Shown: piece after piece, positions 46,606 to 57,788 of the stretch
Position numbering within the stretch: the stretch's first letter is position 1
Layout: the number at the start of each line of letters is the position of its first letter
From: a virus
IMG/VR virus record: IMGVR_UViG_3300042894_005670
DNA: 64,000 nt
Strand: one strand, 5' to 3'
Program-made: the position numbers and the translations under genes
The notes under the pieces: model-generated
Seen by the model: only the letters and a program-made list of their open reading frames with translations
What the model was told of the DNA's origin: nothing
Database searches by the model: none

Positions 46606-47112
46606 CTAGCGTAAAAATTCAGTATAATCTAGGTCATAATACATACTGTCTATTTTATGTACACCTATTTTGTAAAGTACATAACTACTTACACTACTAC
46701 CACGACCTACACCCCATACTATATTATTTAATCGCATAGTATCAACCAAATACTTTAAGTATTGCAACAATGTTAACATATCAAGTTCAGCATATCGTAA
46801 TAACTCTGCGCCACATCGTTGTAACTCAGCATCATTATTACACGCTAGTAAAACCCACTCAGCTATATCTAAATCATAATATGCTTGTGGCATATGCCAT
46901 ACTGCTTGTTGCTGCTTATCAAATATGGTTACAGTGCTGTTATTTACTGTGTATACTTTAATGCTAGGAATATTTTCTAACTCTAAATTACTATCAAAAG
47001 TAATAGGTTTGTCAACTAATACATCCTTTAATATAGCCTGAGTATTTTGTAAGTATAAGTTACAAATATCTTGCTCATTCAAAATAATTTGACCAAACGA
47101 ATCTACTTTCAT
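46606..47112 (-). CDS. Stand-alone DnaE (Pol III alpha)-like palm fragment
   Basis: R...EL..Y...LQYL.YLVD...IVWGVGRGSSVSSYVLY.IGVH.ID...DL...FL; ends before the PDID motif. Confidence 0.75.
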   Translation of the reverse strand: MKVDSFGQIILNEQDICNLYLQNTQAILKDVLVDKPITFDSNLELENIPSIKVYTVNNSTVTIFDKQQQAVWHMPQAYYDLDIAEWVLLACNNDAELQRCGAELLRYAELDMLTLLQYLKYLVDTMRLNNIVWGVGRGSSVSSYVLYKIGVHKIDSMYYDLDYTEFLR

Positions 47113-47150
47113 AGATACACTATACCATAGTCAATAATAAAAGATATTAA

Positions 47151-47381
47151 TTAGGATATGTCAATTTTTGGGGCAGTGTTGCCACGCTTTGCCCATAACT
47201 CATTTTGCTGTCGAGTATATTCTGCTCGATATGATTCTAAAACCATTTGCATTTGGCGAACCATGTCATGTTTACCCATTTTAAATGCCCATTGCATCCT
47301 ATTGTTTAAAGTGGATATTTTTTCACCTAGTTCTTCTAGGTTCGAGCCTGACAAATCTGAAATAAATGGATGATTAAACAT
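47151..47381 (-). CDS. Hypothetical protein
   Basis: Start moved to MFNHPF (TGATG coupling). Confidence 0.6.
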   Translation of the reverse strand: MFNHPFISDLSGSNLEELGEKISTLNNRMQWAFKMGKHDMVRQMQMVLESYRAEYTRQQNELWAKRGNTAPKIDIS

Positions 47382-48133
47382 CACCAAGCAGATAATGTAA
47401 CACGCTTCCAAATGGCTGTAGCACCATCATAGTTTGCAGTACATACATAAAAATAATTGGCATCTGACGCAACAGTACCTGCTTTATCACCTAATGCACC
47501 AACATTACTTGCAGGTACGGTAGTAATTAACTGTGTTGTTTTTCTTGGTCTATCAATTGGCATCACCGTAATATTAGTACCGCAATCAACCGTGGAAAAT
47601 TCATGATGCACTTTTGCAACATTTGCAGGCATGGTAAAGTTACCACCTGCTACACCATTACCCGCATAATTTTCAATGGTCAGCATACCATCAGTTACGT
47701 TTGATGGTATTGTTATTACCGCATTTGCATTAGCGACATTAAATATTGTTTGTACATTTTGCTGCGTACCTGCAGGTGCCCATGCAGCAAAAGCTAAAGT
47801 AACGTTGCCTGTAATTGTACCATATTGCACATCACCGTTAGTTACATTTACCGTTACAGTACCACTTAAATTATTACCTAAGTTGTAAGTAGTGGCACGA
47901 AATCCTTGAACTAAAGCATTACTGATTAAAGTATTTGCCATGTCATTGTTTAAAGTAGTGCCTGTCAATGCACTTTTTACAACAACCTTATTTTGCAAAT
48001 CTGTAATTTCAGTTGATGCAGTATCTAAACCACTTTTTATAGCGGTAAAGTTAGTACGAAATCCCTGTGAACTGTTGTTGATGCCTGGGATTGGGTAGGC
48101 TGTATCAATTTGTCCTGTGTCAATTGCGCTCAT
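47381..48133 (-). CDS. Virion structural protein (baseplate/tail region)
   Basis: YPIPGINNSSQGFRTNF N-terminus; YFYVC...WKR C-terminal fibre motif. Confidence 0.65.
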   Translation of the reverse strand: MSAIDTGQIDTAYPIPGINNSSQGFRTNFTAIKSGLDTASTEITDLQNKVVVKSALTGTTLNNDMANTLISNALVQGFRATTYNLGNNLSGTVTVNVTNGDVQYGTITGNVTLAFAAWAPAGTQQNVQTIFNVANANAVITIPSNVTDGMLTIENYAGNGVAGGNFTMPANVAKVHHEFSTVDCGTNITVMPIDRPRKTTQLITTVPASNVGALGDKAGTVASDANYFYVCTANYDGATAIWKRVTLSAW

Positions 48134-48141
48134 AGTAATAT

Positions 48142-51100
48142 TTATCCGCTCTGTAAAGTGGTTGGAAGAATTGTGCGTTGTACAAAATGTATGTATTTGT
48201 CTTTAGAATTATTCGTTACAGCAGGTTGCCCACTTGGTAACGTGCTTACCCATTCAGTACCATTCCAATCAAAGGTAAGTGACTTATCTACCTCAAAACG
48301 ATCCACTGTAAATTGTACTGCATTAAATTTAATACCTTCAGCAGTATTTTGCCAAGCAATAATATTGTTTTTAATCGCTGTACTATACCCAGGTTTTGTA
48401 TAACAAATTACCCAAGCAGGAGTAAATCCTAAGGTACTGCCATCAGGTTGTTGACTTGTCATCCACAATGGTAAAATACTATCGTTATTAACATATCCTA
48501 ACGCATCCTCCAATTGTTGACGCATATTAACTAAACTATTTGGGTATAATATCTGTGCATACCCAGGCGTTAGCGCAGTAAAATATGTTGGCGTATAAAA
48601 TGTCAACGTATCACCCGCATAATATGTTCCACTAGGTGCTTGGTTTAAGGTTATTGTATAAGTGTTTGGTGTAATAGAAGTAATGTATGGCACAGCTCCT
48701 GTATTGCCCAAAATCATATTCAATGACAGTCCTGTCAAAGAATTAACAACATAAGTTGTAGCATTTACTACACTACTAATTGTTACAGCAACAGGACTTA
48801 CTGAATAGACATAACTTGTTTGTATAGTGGCTGATGAGTCATACCATGGTCCTAAATTTAAATCAATTCTTCTAGGCCATCCTATTTCTTTTGGTATACT
48901 AACACCTTGATTATTGATTAAATTGTCTATAATTTCACTATAGACCACTTCATATATTATATTATTACTATTATCTCTTGCCACAGCGGTTTTTAATTCA
49001 CCCAAAGTAATATCACGCCAATAATGATTGATGTTTATTGCGTTAATATACTCTTGTACAGTGCTAGCAGGTATACCATAGGCATGATTGTAAATAATAT
49101 TCTTTGCTCTTCCAAAATATGGATCTTCTAAACGATATACTGCTGCATCAGGAATTATAAGGTTAGGGTTGCCAGGTGTACTATTTCTTATTAAATCATT
49201 TATTTTTGCACGTGCAGATAATGCAGGATAACATTGCATATAAACAGTTTCCCATGGTTCAGGAAATTCTTGTATTGCAGTAAAGTAAAATTGTTTTGTT
49301 TCATTTATTTCTTCTTGACCTACAATATATGCTTGCACAGTAAAGTAAAAAGCACGTGTGCTATTTGGATATACACCATCTTGATCATATGTTGCTTCAA
49401 ACGCTAATCTACCACTTATTTCACCTGATGGTAACATGGTTAAGTTAGGTGGCAATTCTCCTAATGTTGGACTAAACCATTCAATAACAAAATTTGCGTT
49501 TTGATCGTAATATGTTAAATCATAATTAAATTCATCATACTCATCCGTAATAGCTTCGGGATTATAAATTAATATATAACGACTATAAATTATCGTACCA
49601 TACTCACCCGCAGCAACAAAATTATACTCAACACGTTGTGCACTACCTCCACTTATGTACGCACTATAGGCTGAAGTATTAAATCCTGATGTTAATCCAC
49701 TGTCAGTATATAATTCAAAAGTATTAATAGAAATAACTTTAATGTAAAATTGTTGATCATTAATTGCTGTCATACCTAACACATCAACAATACAAATTCT
49801 ATCACCACTTGAATACTGATGTGCAGAATCAGTGGTTACTAAAGCAGTTGCAGCTTGTGTTATATTTGTAATTAATATACCTACATTAGGTCTAGTTAAA
49901 CCTCGTGTAATTGAGTATAAATTATTGCCTGTTTTACCTGACAAATAACTCCATGAATTGTTTTCACCATTTTCACTATATGCAGTAAATCCATCATCAC
50001 CAACAACAAAAAATTGTCCACTATCATAGACTACATCGTTCAAACGTTCATTCGTGAATGCTTTTTGTAAAGTCCAACTTGCGCCATTATCACTTTCAAG
50101 TACAAGCCCATTATCACCCACTGCAATCCACTTAGTACCATTTGTTGCAATAGATTTAAGTGTACCCAATCTTGGTGTAATAGTACCACCACTTGTATAA
50201 GCAGTATATGTTGTTGAATTTGTAGCTGTAGTTAATGTTACAGTATTATATAAAGCAAATTTGTTTACAGCATAACCTGTTGCCTTTACATAATACGTGT
50301 TACCATTTAATTCTGTCATACCACCTACACCTGTTATGACAATACGTTGTCCGTCACTCATATTATGTACACCACTAACAGTAACAACTGCTATTGCTGC
50401 TTGTGTAACATTAGTTATAGAAATGGTATTAATAGTTGCTGCTGTCCATGTTCCACCAATAGGAAAACCCACTGCATTAGAGTAATATATTGCAGCAGTT
50501 GAATCTGATTTGTTACCTACTACATGATATGTATATGGTGTAGTAGTACCTGTTCTAATAATCTTGTTAAACACATAATCAACATCCGTTGAGGTAGATC
50601 CTGTTACTGTAATAGTTCCTAAAGTCCAAACAAATCCTGATTGACTACCTGTAATAATGGTTGCATTGTCACCTACTGCTATAAATCTTTCACCACCTGT
50701 ACGATTATCAAACATCACACTGTATAAACTGCTATTACCCGCAACTGATGCAGGACTCCAATTAATGCCATTATTTGAACCATAAATTGTTGGTTGTAAT
50801 GATTGGGTATAACCTACTGTAACTAAAGTGCCTGTTGAAGTTGTTGGATAGTAACCTGATGCAATTGATGTTAAGTTATCAAAAGTAAACTGTGGCAAAT
50901 ATTGCCATGTACGTCCATAATTAGTGCTATATGCAATTTCACCTAAATCTCCAACGGCATAGTACGATGGTACTGATGTTGTCGTTACAGCACCTACAAC
51001 AGATGATGTTATTGAATTTAGATTTCTTCTATTTTCATTAACAATACGATAGTTTACAGTTTCACCTGTCAAATTAGTATTAGCTTTAATATTAAAGTTA

Positions 51101-52458
51101 CAGATTAATCCATTATACATATAACCTAAATTAGATGGCGTAACCCAAGTAAAGTCATTATCTAAGTTACCAACTAACGTCAATGTAAAACGATATATTT
51201 GACTTGTTTTTTCAAATTGATTTGACCATACTACCCCTAATGTAGTTACTGTGGTTGGTGGGAAAGGCCATGGTGCAGTTAATGATGGATTTTGATAGAT
51301 AATAAAAGTTTGTGCGCCTGTAACTTGTACATACAATGTTGTACTGTTTACAGCAGTAGGAATACATCCCGCTAAAGTAATTTGTTGTCCATCAAAAAAC
51401 CCATGTGGTGACACGGTAGTAATTGTTGTAAGCGTTCCATCATCTGTAATACTAGATATACCTAATATATTCCCTGTATCAAATCCTGAGGGCACCGTTT
51501 TTACAACGGTTGCACTAAGGAAAAATTCTAATACTCTATTACCAATATTAGGAAATCGCCCTGTAATCCATCCTGTGTCATGATCTACCTGTATCGTCCC
51601 AGGTGTCGTTGGATTAGCTTGATTGATAGCTGCAAGATTTGTTATATCATAAGATAATACACCTGAGTTTTCAAAATCATACCCTGCTAGTTTAAACACC
51701 CATTCGTTATCATGACGTACTCTACCAATATCACCATTGAAAGGAGTATAATATCCATAATATGGATTTGTGGGTGGTATGGTTGTACTAAGTGGTTGAC
51801 TGTTTAGTAATACAGGTGGTCTAGCATTTGCTGCAGGTTTTGGGGCTAGAACATAGTAATTAATAATGGTAATACTATAGTTCATTGTAGCTATACCACT
51901 AGGTGAGGTTAATTGGAGCGTAAATGGATATGCTATAGATGTTGGTTGATTATAGATATTAAGTGGTGGTGATGGATATCCCGTAATTAAACCTGTAGGG
52001 GACATTTCAAGACCAGGAGGCAGAACGCCCGAAATTATTTGTATAAGTGCTACACTATCAGGATCAGTATTTTCATATTGTACTTGAAAATGTATGTATG
52101 TGCTATCGACGCTTGTGAGGATGTTGCCTGGGTAGGTTAAAAAACGTGGAGGACTTGCTCCTGTTACTGTTAAGGTAAATGCTCTATCACGAATATTACC
52201 AAATGAATCTGTTGCACGTACGGTAAATCCATAGGTAGTATCTGTTGCAACTTCAGTAGGAATACCATATAATAAACCATCACCACGTAATGTTAATGGT
52301 GCTTCAGGTAAACCATTAGGCAATCTACCACTTTGTAGATTATAAGTAACATTACTTAAACCATCTGCGCTAATTGCGTTAAATTGAAAAGCAACGGGTC
52401 TAAGTTCTTGAAATTGCCCAATACTTCCCGCAGGAGTATTCCATATTGGTTGTGCCAT
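48142..52458 (-). CDS. Large baseplate-wedge-like protein with Ig-like, beta-propeller and three FCCH-like repeats
   Basis: G.LP.GL Ig-like repeats; AVGD.G...S..G..W blades; three T...H....G..I...G...N units. Confidence 0.65.
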   Translation of the reverse strand: MAQPIWNTPAGSIGQFQELRPVAFQFNAISADGLSNVTYNLQSGRLPNGLPEAPLTLRGDGLLYGIPTEVATDTTYGFTVRATDSFGNIRDRAFTLTVTGASPPRFLTYPGNILTSVDSTYIHFQVQYENTDPDSVALIQIISGVLPPGLEMSPTGLITGYPSPPLNIYNQPTSIAYPFTLQLTSPSGIATMNYSITIINYYVLAPKPAANARPPVLLNSQPLSTTIPPTNPYYGYYTPFNGDIGRVRHDNEWVFKLAGYDFENSGVLSYDITNLAAINQANPTTPGTIQVDHDTGWITGRFPNIGNRVLEFFLSATVVKTVPSGFDTGNILGISSITDDGTLTTITTVSPHGFFDGQQITLAGCIPTAVNSTTLYVQVTGAQTFIIYQNPSLTAPWPFPPTTVTTLGVVWSNQFEKTSQIYRFTLTLVGNLDNDFTWVTPSNLGYMYNGLICNFNIKANTNLTGETVNYRIVNENRRNLNSITSSVVGAVTTTSVPSYYAVGDLGEIAYSTNYGRTWQYLPQFTFDNLTSIASGYYPTTSTGTLVTVGYTQSLQPTIYGSNNGINWSPASVAGNSSLYSVMFDNRTGGERFIAVGDNATIITGSQSGFVWTLGTITVTGSTSTDVDYVFNKIIRTGTTTPYTYHVVGNKSDSTAAIYYSNAVGFPIGGTWTAATINTISITNVTQAAIAVVTVSGVHNMSDGQRIVITGVGGMTELNGNTYYVKATGYAVNKFALYNTVTLTTATNSTTYTAYTSGGTITPRLGTLKSIATNGTKWIAVGDNGLVLESDNGASWTLQKAFTNERLNDVVYDSGQFFVVGDDGFTAYSENGENNSWSYLSGKTGNNLYSITRGLTRPNVGILITNITQAATALVTTDSAHQYSSGDRICIVDVLGMTAINDQQFYIKVISINTFELYTDSGLTSGFNTSAYSAYISGGSAQRVEYNFVAAGEYGTIIYSRYILIYNPEAITDEYDEFNYDLTYYDQNANFVIEWFSPTLGELPPNLTMLPSGEISGRLAFEATYDQDGVYPNSTRAFYFTVQAYIVGQEEINETKQFYFTAIQEFPEPWETVYMQCYPALSARAKINDLIRNSTPGNPNLIIPDAAVYRLEDPYFGRAKNIIYNHAYGIPASTVQEYINAININHYWRDITLGELKTAVARDNSNNIIYEVVYSEIIDNLINNQGVSIPKEIGWPRRIDLNLGPWYDSSATIQTSYVYSVSPVAVTISSVVNATTYVVNSLTGLSLNMILGNTGAVPYITSITPNTYTITLNQAPSGTYYAGDTLTFYTPTYFTALTPGYAQILYPNSLVNMRQQLEDALGYVNNDSILPLWMTSQQPDGSTLGFTPAWVICYTKPGYSTAIKNNIIAWQNTAEGIKFNAVQFTVDRFEVDKSLTFDWNGTEWVSTLPSGQPAVTNNSKDKYIHFVQRTILPTTLQSG

Positions 52459-52459
52459 A

Positions 52460-53077
52460 TTATTTATTTACTTTACATTTATCACCATGCCATCTGCCAT
52501 AATTTCTAAAATCTATAAATTTAAAACAATTTTGACATTCAAGTTTTGGTTTTTTTAAAAACAATGTTTTATTAAGATGCTCTTGTGATTTCTTTCTTCC
52601 TTTAAGTTGTTCACTAATTTTTTGTCTAACTTCAATTCTTTTTGATGGGTTGTTATCTCCGTTCATCCATTGGCGTTGTCCAAGTTTTTTACCTTTATTT
52701 GGGGAAACTTTACCTTTATTTGGGCTTCCGTTTTTTCTTGTCCAATTATTATCTCCTAGCTGAGTCTCTATAAAAGCATTTTTAGCTAATTCAAAATATC
52801 TTGAATTTATTATTCTTTTTTGTATTGAATTATTACTTTTTGTCATTTTATGAAAAGCTAAAGCACTTGGCCTATCTCTATAATGTTTCCATAATAAAAA
52901 ATGTGCGAGATAATGTTCCCTCGCTGTAAGTAAAACTAAGTTATTTTTACTGTTATCACCACCTAGCCATTTTGGAATAATATGATGACTTTCATAGTAA
53001 ATTTCGCTTTTATTTTTTTTCCTTGCTAAAATTTTTCTAGATGCAATTAATAAGTTATAATGATTTAAATAATTCAT
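52460..53077 (-). mobile_element. Free-standing HNH homing endonuclease with NUMOD3-like region
   Basis: YESHHIIPKWLGG.N...NLVLLTAREHYLAH. Confidence 0.88.
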
Positions 53078-53694
53078 TTATTTTCCAAAAGTTTTAAAGC
53101 TTTTTTATAATGATCTTGGCGGTCAGATAATCCAATAGTGCCGCCATTAATTCTTTTTGTTAATGTAATAAAATCATCTTTATCACACCATTGATTTAAT
53201 TTATTACAATCCCAAAACCATCCTGCACTAGCAACTGCCCCTGCATGAGTTTCCATATAAGCTACCACTTCATCAACTTCTAAACCAAGTGATTTTGCAA
53301 ATTTTGTATAATTTACTTTGCCTGTTAATTGAATCAATCCACGTCCACAAAATTTCCACCCATCACCACTTGCTTCATCACCATTTCCCATACGACTTGC
53401 ATAAACACGATTGGCAATCTTTTCAGGTTTACGTTCATATTGTTTTGCTAATGATTCATTAGGAAAATATTTTTTAAAAATCTTTACTAAACCTTGTGCG
53501 CTATAGTTTAGGTTTTCTTTTAAAAATTGATAACCACCACTTTCATGACCTGTTTGAGCTAAAAACCCTGCGATACGCTTTGGTGTATTAATTTCATAAT
53601 GTTCGCATGTTTGATTTAATGGATCTAAAAAAGGTTCTAATTTTGCTGCAGGAGTTTTATCACATACTGCACGTAAAATCTCTAATGTTATCAT
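53074..53694 (-). CDS. GH19 chitinase-like endolysin
   Basis: FLAQTGHESGG, ENLNYS, GRGLIQLTGK.NY, SAGWFW, TKRINGG. Confidence 0.9.
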   Translation of the reverse strand: MITLEILRAVCDKTPAAKLEPFLDPLNQTCEHYEINTPKRIAGFLAQTGHESGGYQFLKENLNYSAQGLVKIFKKYFPNESLAKQYERKPEKIANRVYASRMGNGDEASGDGWKFCGRGLIQLTGKVNYTKFAKSLGLEVDEVVAYMETHAGAVASAGWFWDCNKLNQWCDKDDFITLTKRINGGTIGLSDRQDHYKKALKLLENK

Positions 53695-56600
53695 TATACT
53701 TTTCCTATAACTATTTCGATGACTCCTTTGTCACCTTTAAAATCTTGTAATGCTTTACCAATAATGGTACCTGCCCTTGCATTATTATTAGCTGCTGCAT
53801 ATCCGTTTGGTGCGCTTACCATTAAGTCACCTTTTTGAACAGGTCCAATCACTTTAGTTGGTACTCTACCTTGCAGTGCTAACATCACAGTGTGTTCAGC
53901 ATGTAATGTAGTATTCATAACATAAGCAGGATTCGTTGATACAACACCTGCTACTTTGTGTGAATCATATTGATATGATAATGTTACTTCTTTATCGCCA
54001 TCAAATAATAAAACAGTACCACTTGGATAATGATCATCAGCCTCGTAATATTCTGCCAAGTCAGCGTATGTTGCATTTAATCTAGAACCACTTGTCAATG
54101 ACCAATTACCTGTAATTTGACCTACATTACTATTGCTTCCTGTAGTCATTAGGTTCCCTTGCCATGTTGGAGCATATATAGTCGATGTATACATGTTTCC
54201 TGCATTAGCATTAGCAGTAACATTTAAATTACCTACTACATTAGCATTAGCAGAAAATGTTGCAAGTTGTGTAACGGTGAGGTTACCTGGGATTGCAACG
54301 TTGGCATTTCTAATATTTGCAGTGCCACTAGTATTGCCAATATTTACAGTAGTAGCATCACCCCCTATGTTTAATGTTGTTGCAACTGAATTAAATAGAT
54401 TTTGTGTTGGTTGAGTGCCAATAATCGATGGATTTTGTAACGTCATTGTTCCACTTGTTGCACCCATCGAAATTGCGGATGCTGAACGTGCAAAATACAT
54501 AGTAGTTGCAACGTTATCATACAATTGTTGTGTAGTATTAGCACCATACACAGCAGGACTTCTAACCAACATCTTAGATCCTGCACTATCTTGACCTACA
54601 TTAATTGTGGTCGCTTGTCCACCTAAGTTTAAAACTCCTGCAGTAGAATTTGCTATATTAAATGTGGCAGCAGTTGTTTCAATATTACTAGCTGTAGTAT
54701 TACCAAACAATGAAATTGTTTCTCCACTACCTACCCCACCTGCGTTACCACCTACACCTAAATAATTTCCTCTAATATTAGTTCCAACATTTAGTGCTTT
54801 AGCAACACTTACACCACCTGCTGTACTAAGACTTGCTGCTGCATCAGTTGAGTTTGCGGAATCAGCAGTATCATTAATTCTGATAAATGTATTACTTACT
54901 GTACCATTGCTAGAACTACCAACAAGATATAAATTACCGCCAATAAACACATCTTTAGCAAATCCTGCACCACCTGATACTTGTAGCGCACCACCCATAA
55001 AATTAGCACTGTTTGCGTTTTGTGTTCCTAAAATTCGTACTACACCTGTAGAACCACCATTACCAATTTGAACATTAGTATCGACTGATGTTCCAATATT
55101 AACGTTAGTAGCTGTACCTGCAAAATTCATCGTACTTACTATAGTATTAAACAAATCTTGTGATGTTTGGCTTGCTCCACCAACTATAACATTACTACGT
55201 ACTGTCATTGTGCTATTAGCAGCACCAAATCGAATAGTGTTTGCTTCACCAAATGCATTCACTGAGTTTGCAATAGTATTAAACAAACTTAATTGAGTTT
55301 GTCCTGTATCACCAACGATAGTATTGCTTCTAATACGGAAAGTACCGTTAGCATTACCCATGTTTATCGTACTTGCTGCACCAAAAGCATTTACTGTGGT
55401 AGCAACTGAATCAAACAAGAATTGTACAATTTGTCCTGAATTACCAACTACATTGCTAGCAGATAAAACTAACGTAGAATTAGCATTACCCATATTAAGA
55501 GTAGATGCTGCACCAAATGCATTAACCGTAGTCGCTACACTATTAAATACATTTTGAACAACTTGTGTACCAACTACTGTTGGATTTTGTACTGTAAAGG
55601 TACCCGAATTTGCACCAATACGTATGGTTGATGCACTTCCTGCAAAATTCATACCTGTTGTTATACCTGTATCATATAATGATACCGTACCTGCTGCACC
55701 TGCAACAACATTTGGATTACGTATGGTTAGATTACCTGATGATGCTCCAATTTGTAAGCTTGTTGATTGTCCACCAATTGCTAAAGATGTAGCATTTGAG
55801 CCAAAAAGTGACACTGCGGTGCTTGTTGTTGATATATTGCCATCTGCACCAATTGTCAATATTGCATTAGTGTATCCATTGCCACCTGCGTTATTTCCAA
55901 TATATAAACTATTACCTGCAATAAATGAATTTACGTGTAAACCTTGTCCTATACCTACACCGCCACCAACAGTTAATGCACCGTTTGCAGCATTAGCAGT
56001 TCCTTGTGTACTTGCAATTGAAACAGTGTTTGATGATGATGAAAAATTAACATTACCTGCAATATTTAAATCTCCACCAATACCCACACCACCTGATACA
56101 ATAAGAGCACCTGTTGTTGTTGATGTACTTACAGTACCACCTGCAATTCTTATATCTCCGTTTGCTAAAATACCACCACTTGTTCTTACACTATAGTTAC
56201 TATTAGTAAGATTGCCGCTATCTGCATTAGTTATAGTAATTACACCTGATGATGAAATTGCAACACATGGTGATCCACCATTTGGAGCATTTGTGCCAAT
56301 ATTTACTGCAGATACACCTAAGGTATTACCAACATTGAGATTATTTGATATACCAACACCACCTGCAATTCTTGCTGCGCCTGTGTTAATATTTGAACTA
56401 TTTGTTGTTGAACCAACATAAAGATTGTTTCCAACACTTGCACCACCTACTGTTCTAAATGATCCTGTAGATGATTCTGCTCCTGTTATAACTGCTGAAT
56501 TGCTAAAAATTGCAGTTTCGCCATTGGCAGAAACTCGCATAACACCAAGACCACCATTACCTGCTGAGTTACCTATTGACAGTGTGTTACCTAATATACC

Positions 56601-57686
56601 ACTATTGACATTTAATGATCCACCAACACCAACGCCACCTGCTGTTACAATAGCCCCTGTGGTAGAATCAAATGATGAGGTTGAATTGAGTACTTGAAAA
56701 TTATTAGATGTGCTTGATAAAATTAGTTGCGATCCATTGGCAATAGTTACTGCACAATTAGTAAAATCTGTTGGTGTGTTAAGTATTGAAAATAAACCAT
56801 TAGCGTAATAACTCAAACCACCTATATTAGATGTTGCAGTGGTTGCTCCTGCATTAGATTTAATAACGATACCACGATCAACACCACTTACCGTAACATT
56901 TCCTGTAATGTTTCCAACAAATGTACCACTAATATTTCCATTAGCAGTAATATTATTTGCAACTAAATTACTTGTTATCAAACTAAAATTTGATGCATCA
57001 TATCTAAAGAAATCAGGATCACTTGTCAATACTTGTATACCCTGTGATGCTAAAAATGGTACAGGACTCAATGCATTGTAAACTATACCACCTACGTTAC
57101 TATATGGTGTGTCACGTAATGATACATTACCAACAATACGTCCTGTAGGAGTTGCTTTAAAATGATCTGCGATAATATTACCTGAAGGAACACCTGTTAC
57201 GGTATTTGCGCCAAGCACAACTAATGGTGGGTTAAGATTTGAATATAGTGAACTACTATTACCAATGGTGGCTTTATTACTGACGTTAAGATTTGCAACA
57301 TTAAAGTTTGCCAAGAAATTTGGACTAATATCTAAAATAACATCAGGGATGACACCTGGGTTACTCGTTGTAATTGTGGCTGTGGTATTACCATTAAAGG
57401 TTAGTAGCTGTGCACCTAAACTAGCAGGGTTTGATGGATCACCTGCTTGAAAAGTTATTTTATATATATTAGCACTAACGTTAACATTACCTGCTAATGT
57501 TGTTTGGGTAACTCCACTTGGATTGGTAAGTGTAATACCCGCTCCACCAACAAGTTGCGAGACACCTGCTTGTGGTAAGTTAAATAATTCGGTAAAATTT
57601 TCTTGTGTAGAAATGAATGCATCACGAATACTATTCGCATTACCGTCATCAGGATAGGCACCGTAATCTATATTTCTTTGAGCCAT
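53694..57686 (-). CDS. Long tail fibre/spike with internal repeats and C-terminal chaperone-like domain
   Basis: STTTGA.V.GGVG(I/V)GG repeats, FN.VATTVNAFGAA repeats, C-terminal ADLAEYY...GVVSTNPAY...LQGRVP.KV. Confidence 0.75.
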   Translation of the reverse strand: MAQRNIDYGAYPDDGNANSIRDAFISTQENFTELFNLPQAGVSQLVGGAGITLTNPSGVTQTTLAGNVNVSANIYKITFQAGDPSNPASLGAQLLTFNGNTTATITTSNPGVIPDVILDISPNFLANFNVANLNVSNKATIGNSSSLYSNLNPPLVVLGANTVTGVPSGNIIADHFKATPTGRIVGNVSLRDTPYSNVGGIVYNALSPVPFLASQGIQVLTSDPDFFRYDASNFSLITSNLVANNITANGNISGTFVGNITGNVTVSGVDRGIVIKSNAGATTATSNIGGLSYYANGLFSILNTPTDFTNCAVTIANGSQLILSSTSNNFQVLNSTSSFDSTTGAIVTAGGVGVGGSLNVNSGILGNTLSIGNSAGNGGLGVMRVSANGETAIFSNSAVITGAESSTGSFRTVGGASVGNNLYVGSTTNSSNINTGAARIAGGVGISNNLNVGNTLGVSAVNIGTNAPNGGSPCVAISSSGVITITNADSGNLTNSNYSVRTSGGILANGDIRIAGGTVSTSTTTGALIVSGGVGIGGDLNIAGNVNFSSSSNTVSIASTQGTANAANGALTVGGGVGIGQGLHVNSFIAGNSLYIGNNAGGNGYTNAILTIGADGNISTTSTAVSLFGSNATSLAIGGQSTSLQIGASSGNLTIRNPNVVAGAAGTVSLYDTGITTGMNFAGSASTIRIGANSGTFTVQNPTVVGTQVVQNVFNSVATTVNAFGAASTLNMGNANSTLVLSASNVVGNSGQIVQFLFDSVATTVNAFGAASTINMGNANGTFRIRSNTIVGDTGQTQLSLFNTIANSVNAFGEANTIRFGAANSTMTVRSNVIVGGASQTSQDLFNTIVSTMNFAGTATNVNIGTSVDTNVQIGNGGSTGVVRILGTQNANSANFMGGALQVSGGAGFAKDVFIGGNLYLVGSSSNGTVSNTFIRINDTADSANSTDAAASLSTAGGVSVAKALNVGTNIRGNYLGVGGNAGGVGSGETISLFGNTTASNIETTAATFNIANSTAGVLNLGGQATTINVGQDSAGSKMLVRSPAVYGANTTQQLYDNVATTMYFARSASAISMGATSGTMTLQNPSIIGTQPTQNLFNSVATTLNIGGDATTVNIGNTSGTANIRNANVAIPGNLTVTQLATFSANANVVGNLNVTANANAGNMYTSTIYAPTWQGNLMTTGSNSNVGQITGNWSLTSGSRLNATYADLAEYYEADDHYPSGTVLLFDGDKEVTLSYQYDSHKVAGVVSTNPAYVMNTTLHAEHTVMLALQGRVPTKVIGPVQKGDLMVSAPNGYAAANNNARAGTIIGKALQDFKGDKGVIEIVIGKV

Positions 57687-57732
57687 TTGTATAGAATTCC
57701 ATTAATATTTGTATTTATCTGAATATAAGGAT

Positions 57733-57764
57733 AAAAAAATCCCAACAGGGTTAGTGTTGGGATT
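57733..57764 (-). terminator. Intrinsic terminator
   Basis: AATCCCAACA/TGTTGGGATT stem with T tract on the minus strand. Confidence 0.85.
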
Positions 57765-57788
57765 GTGAGAAGCAGTCTTATGAGCTGC

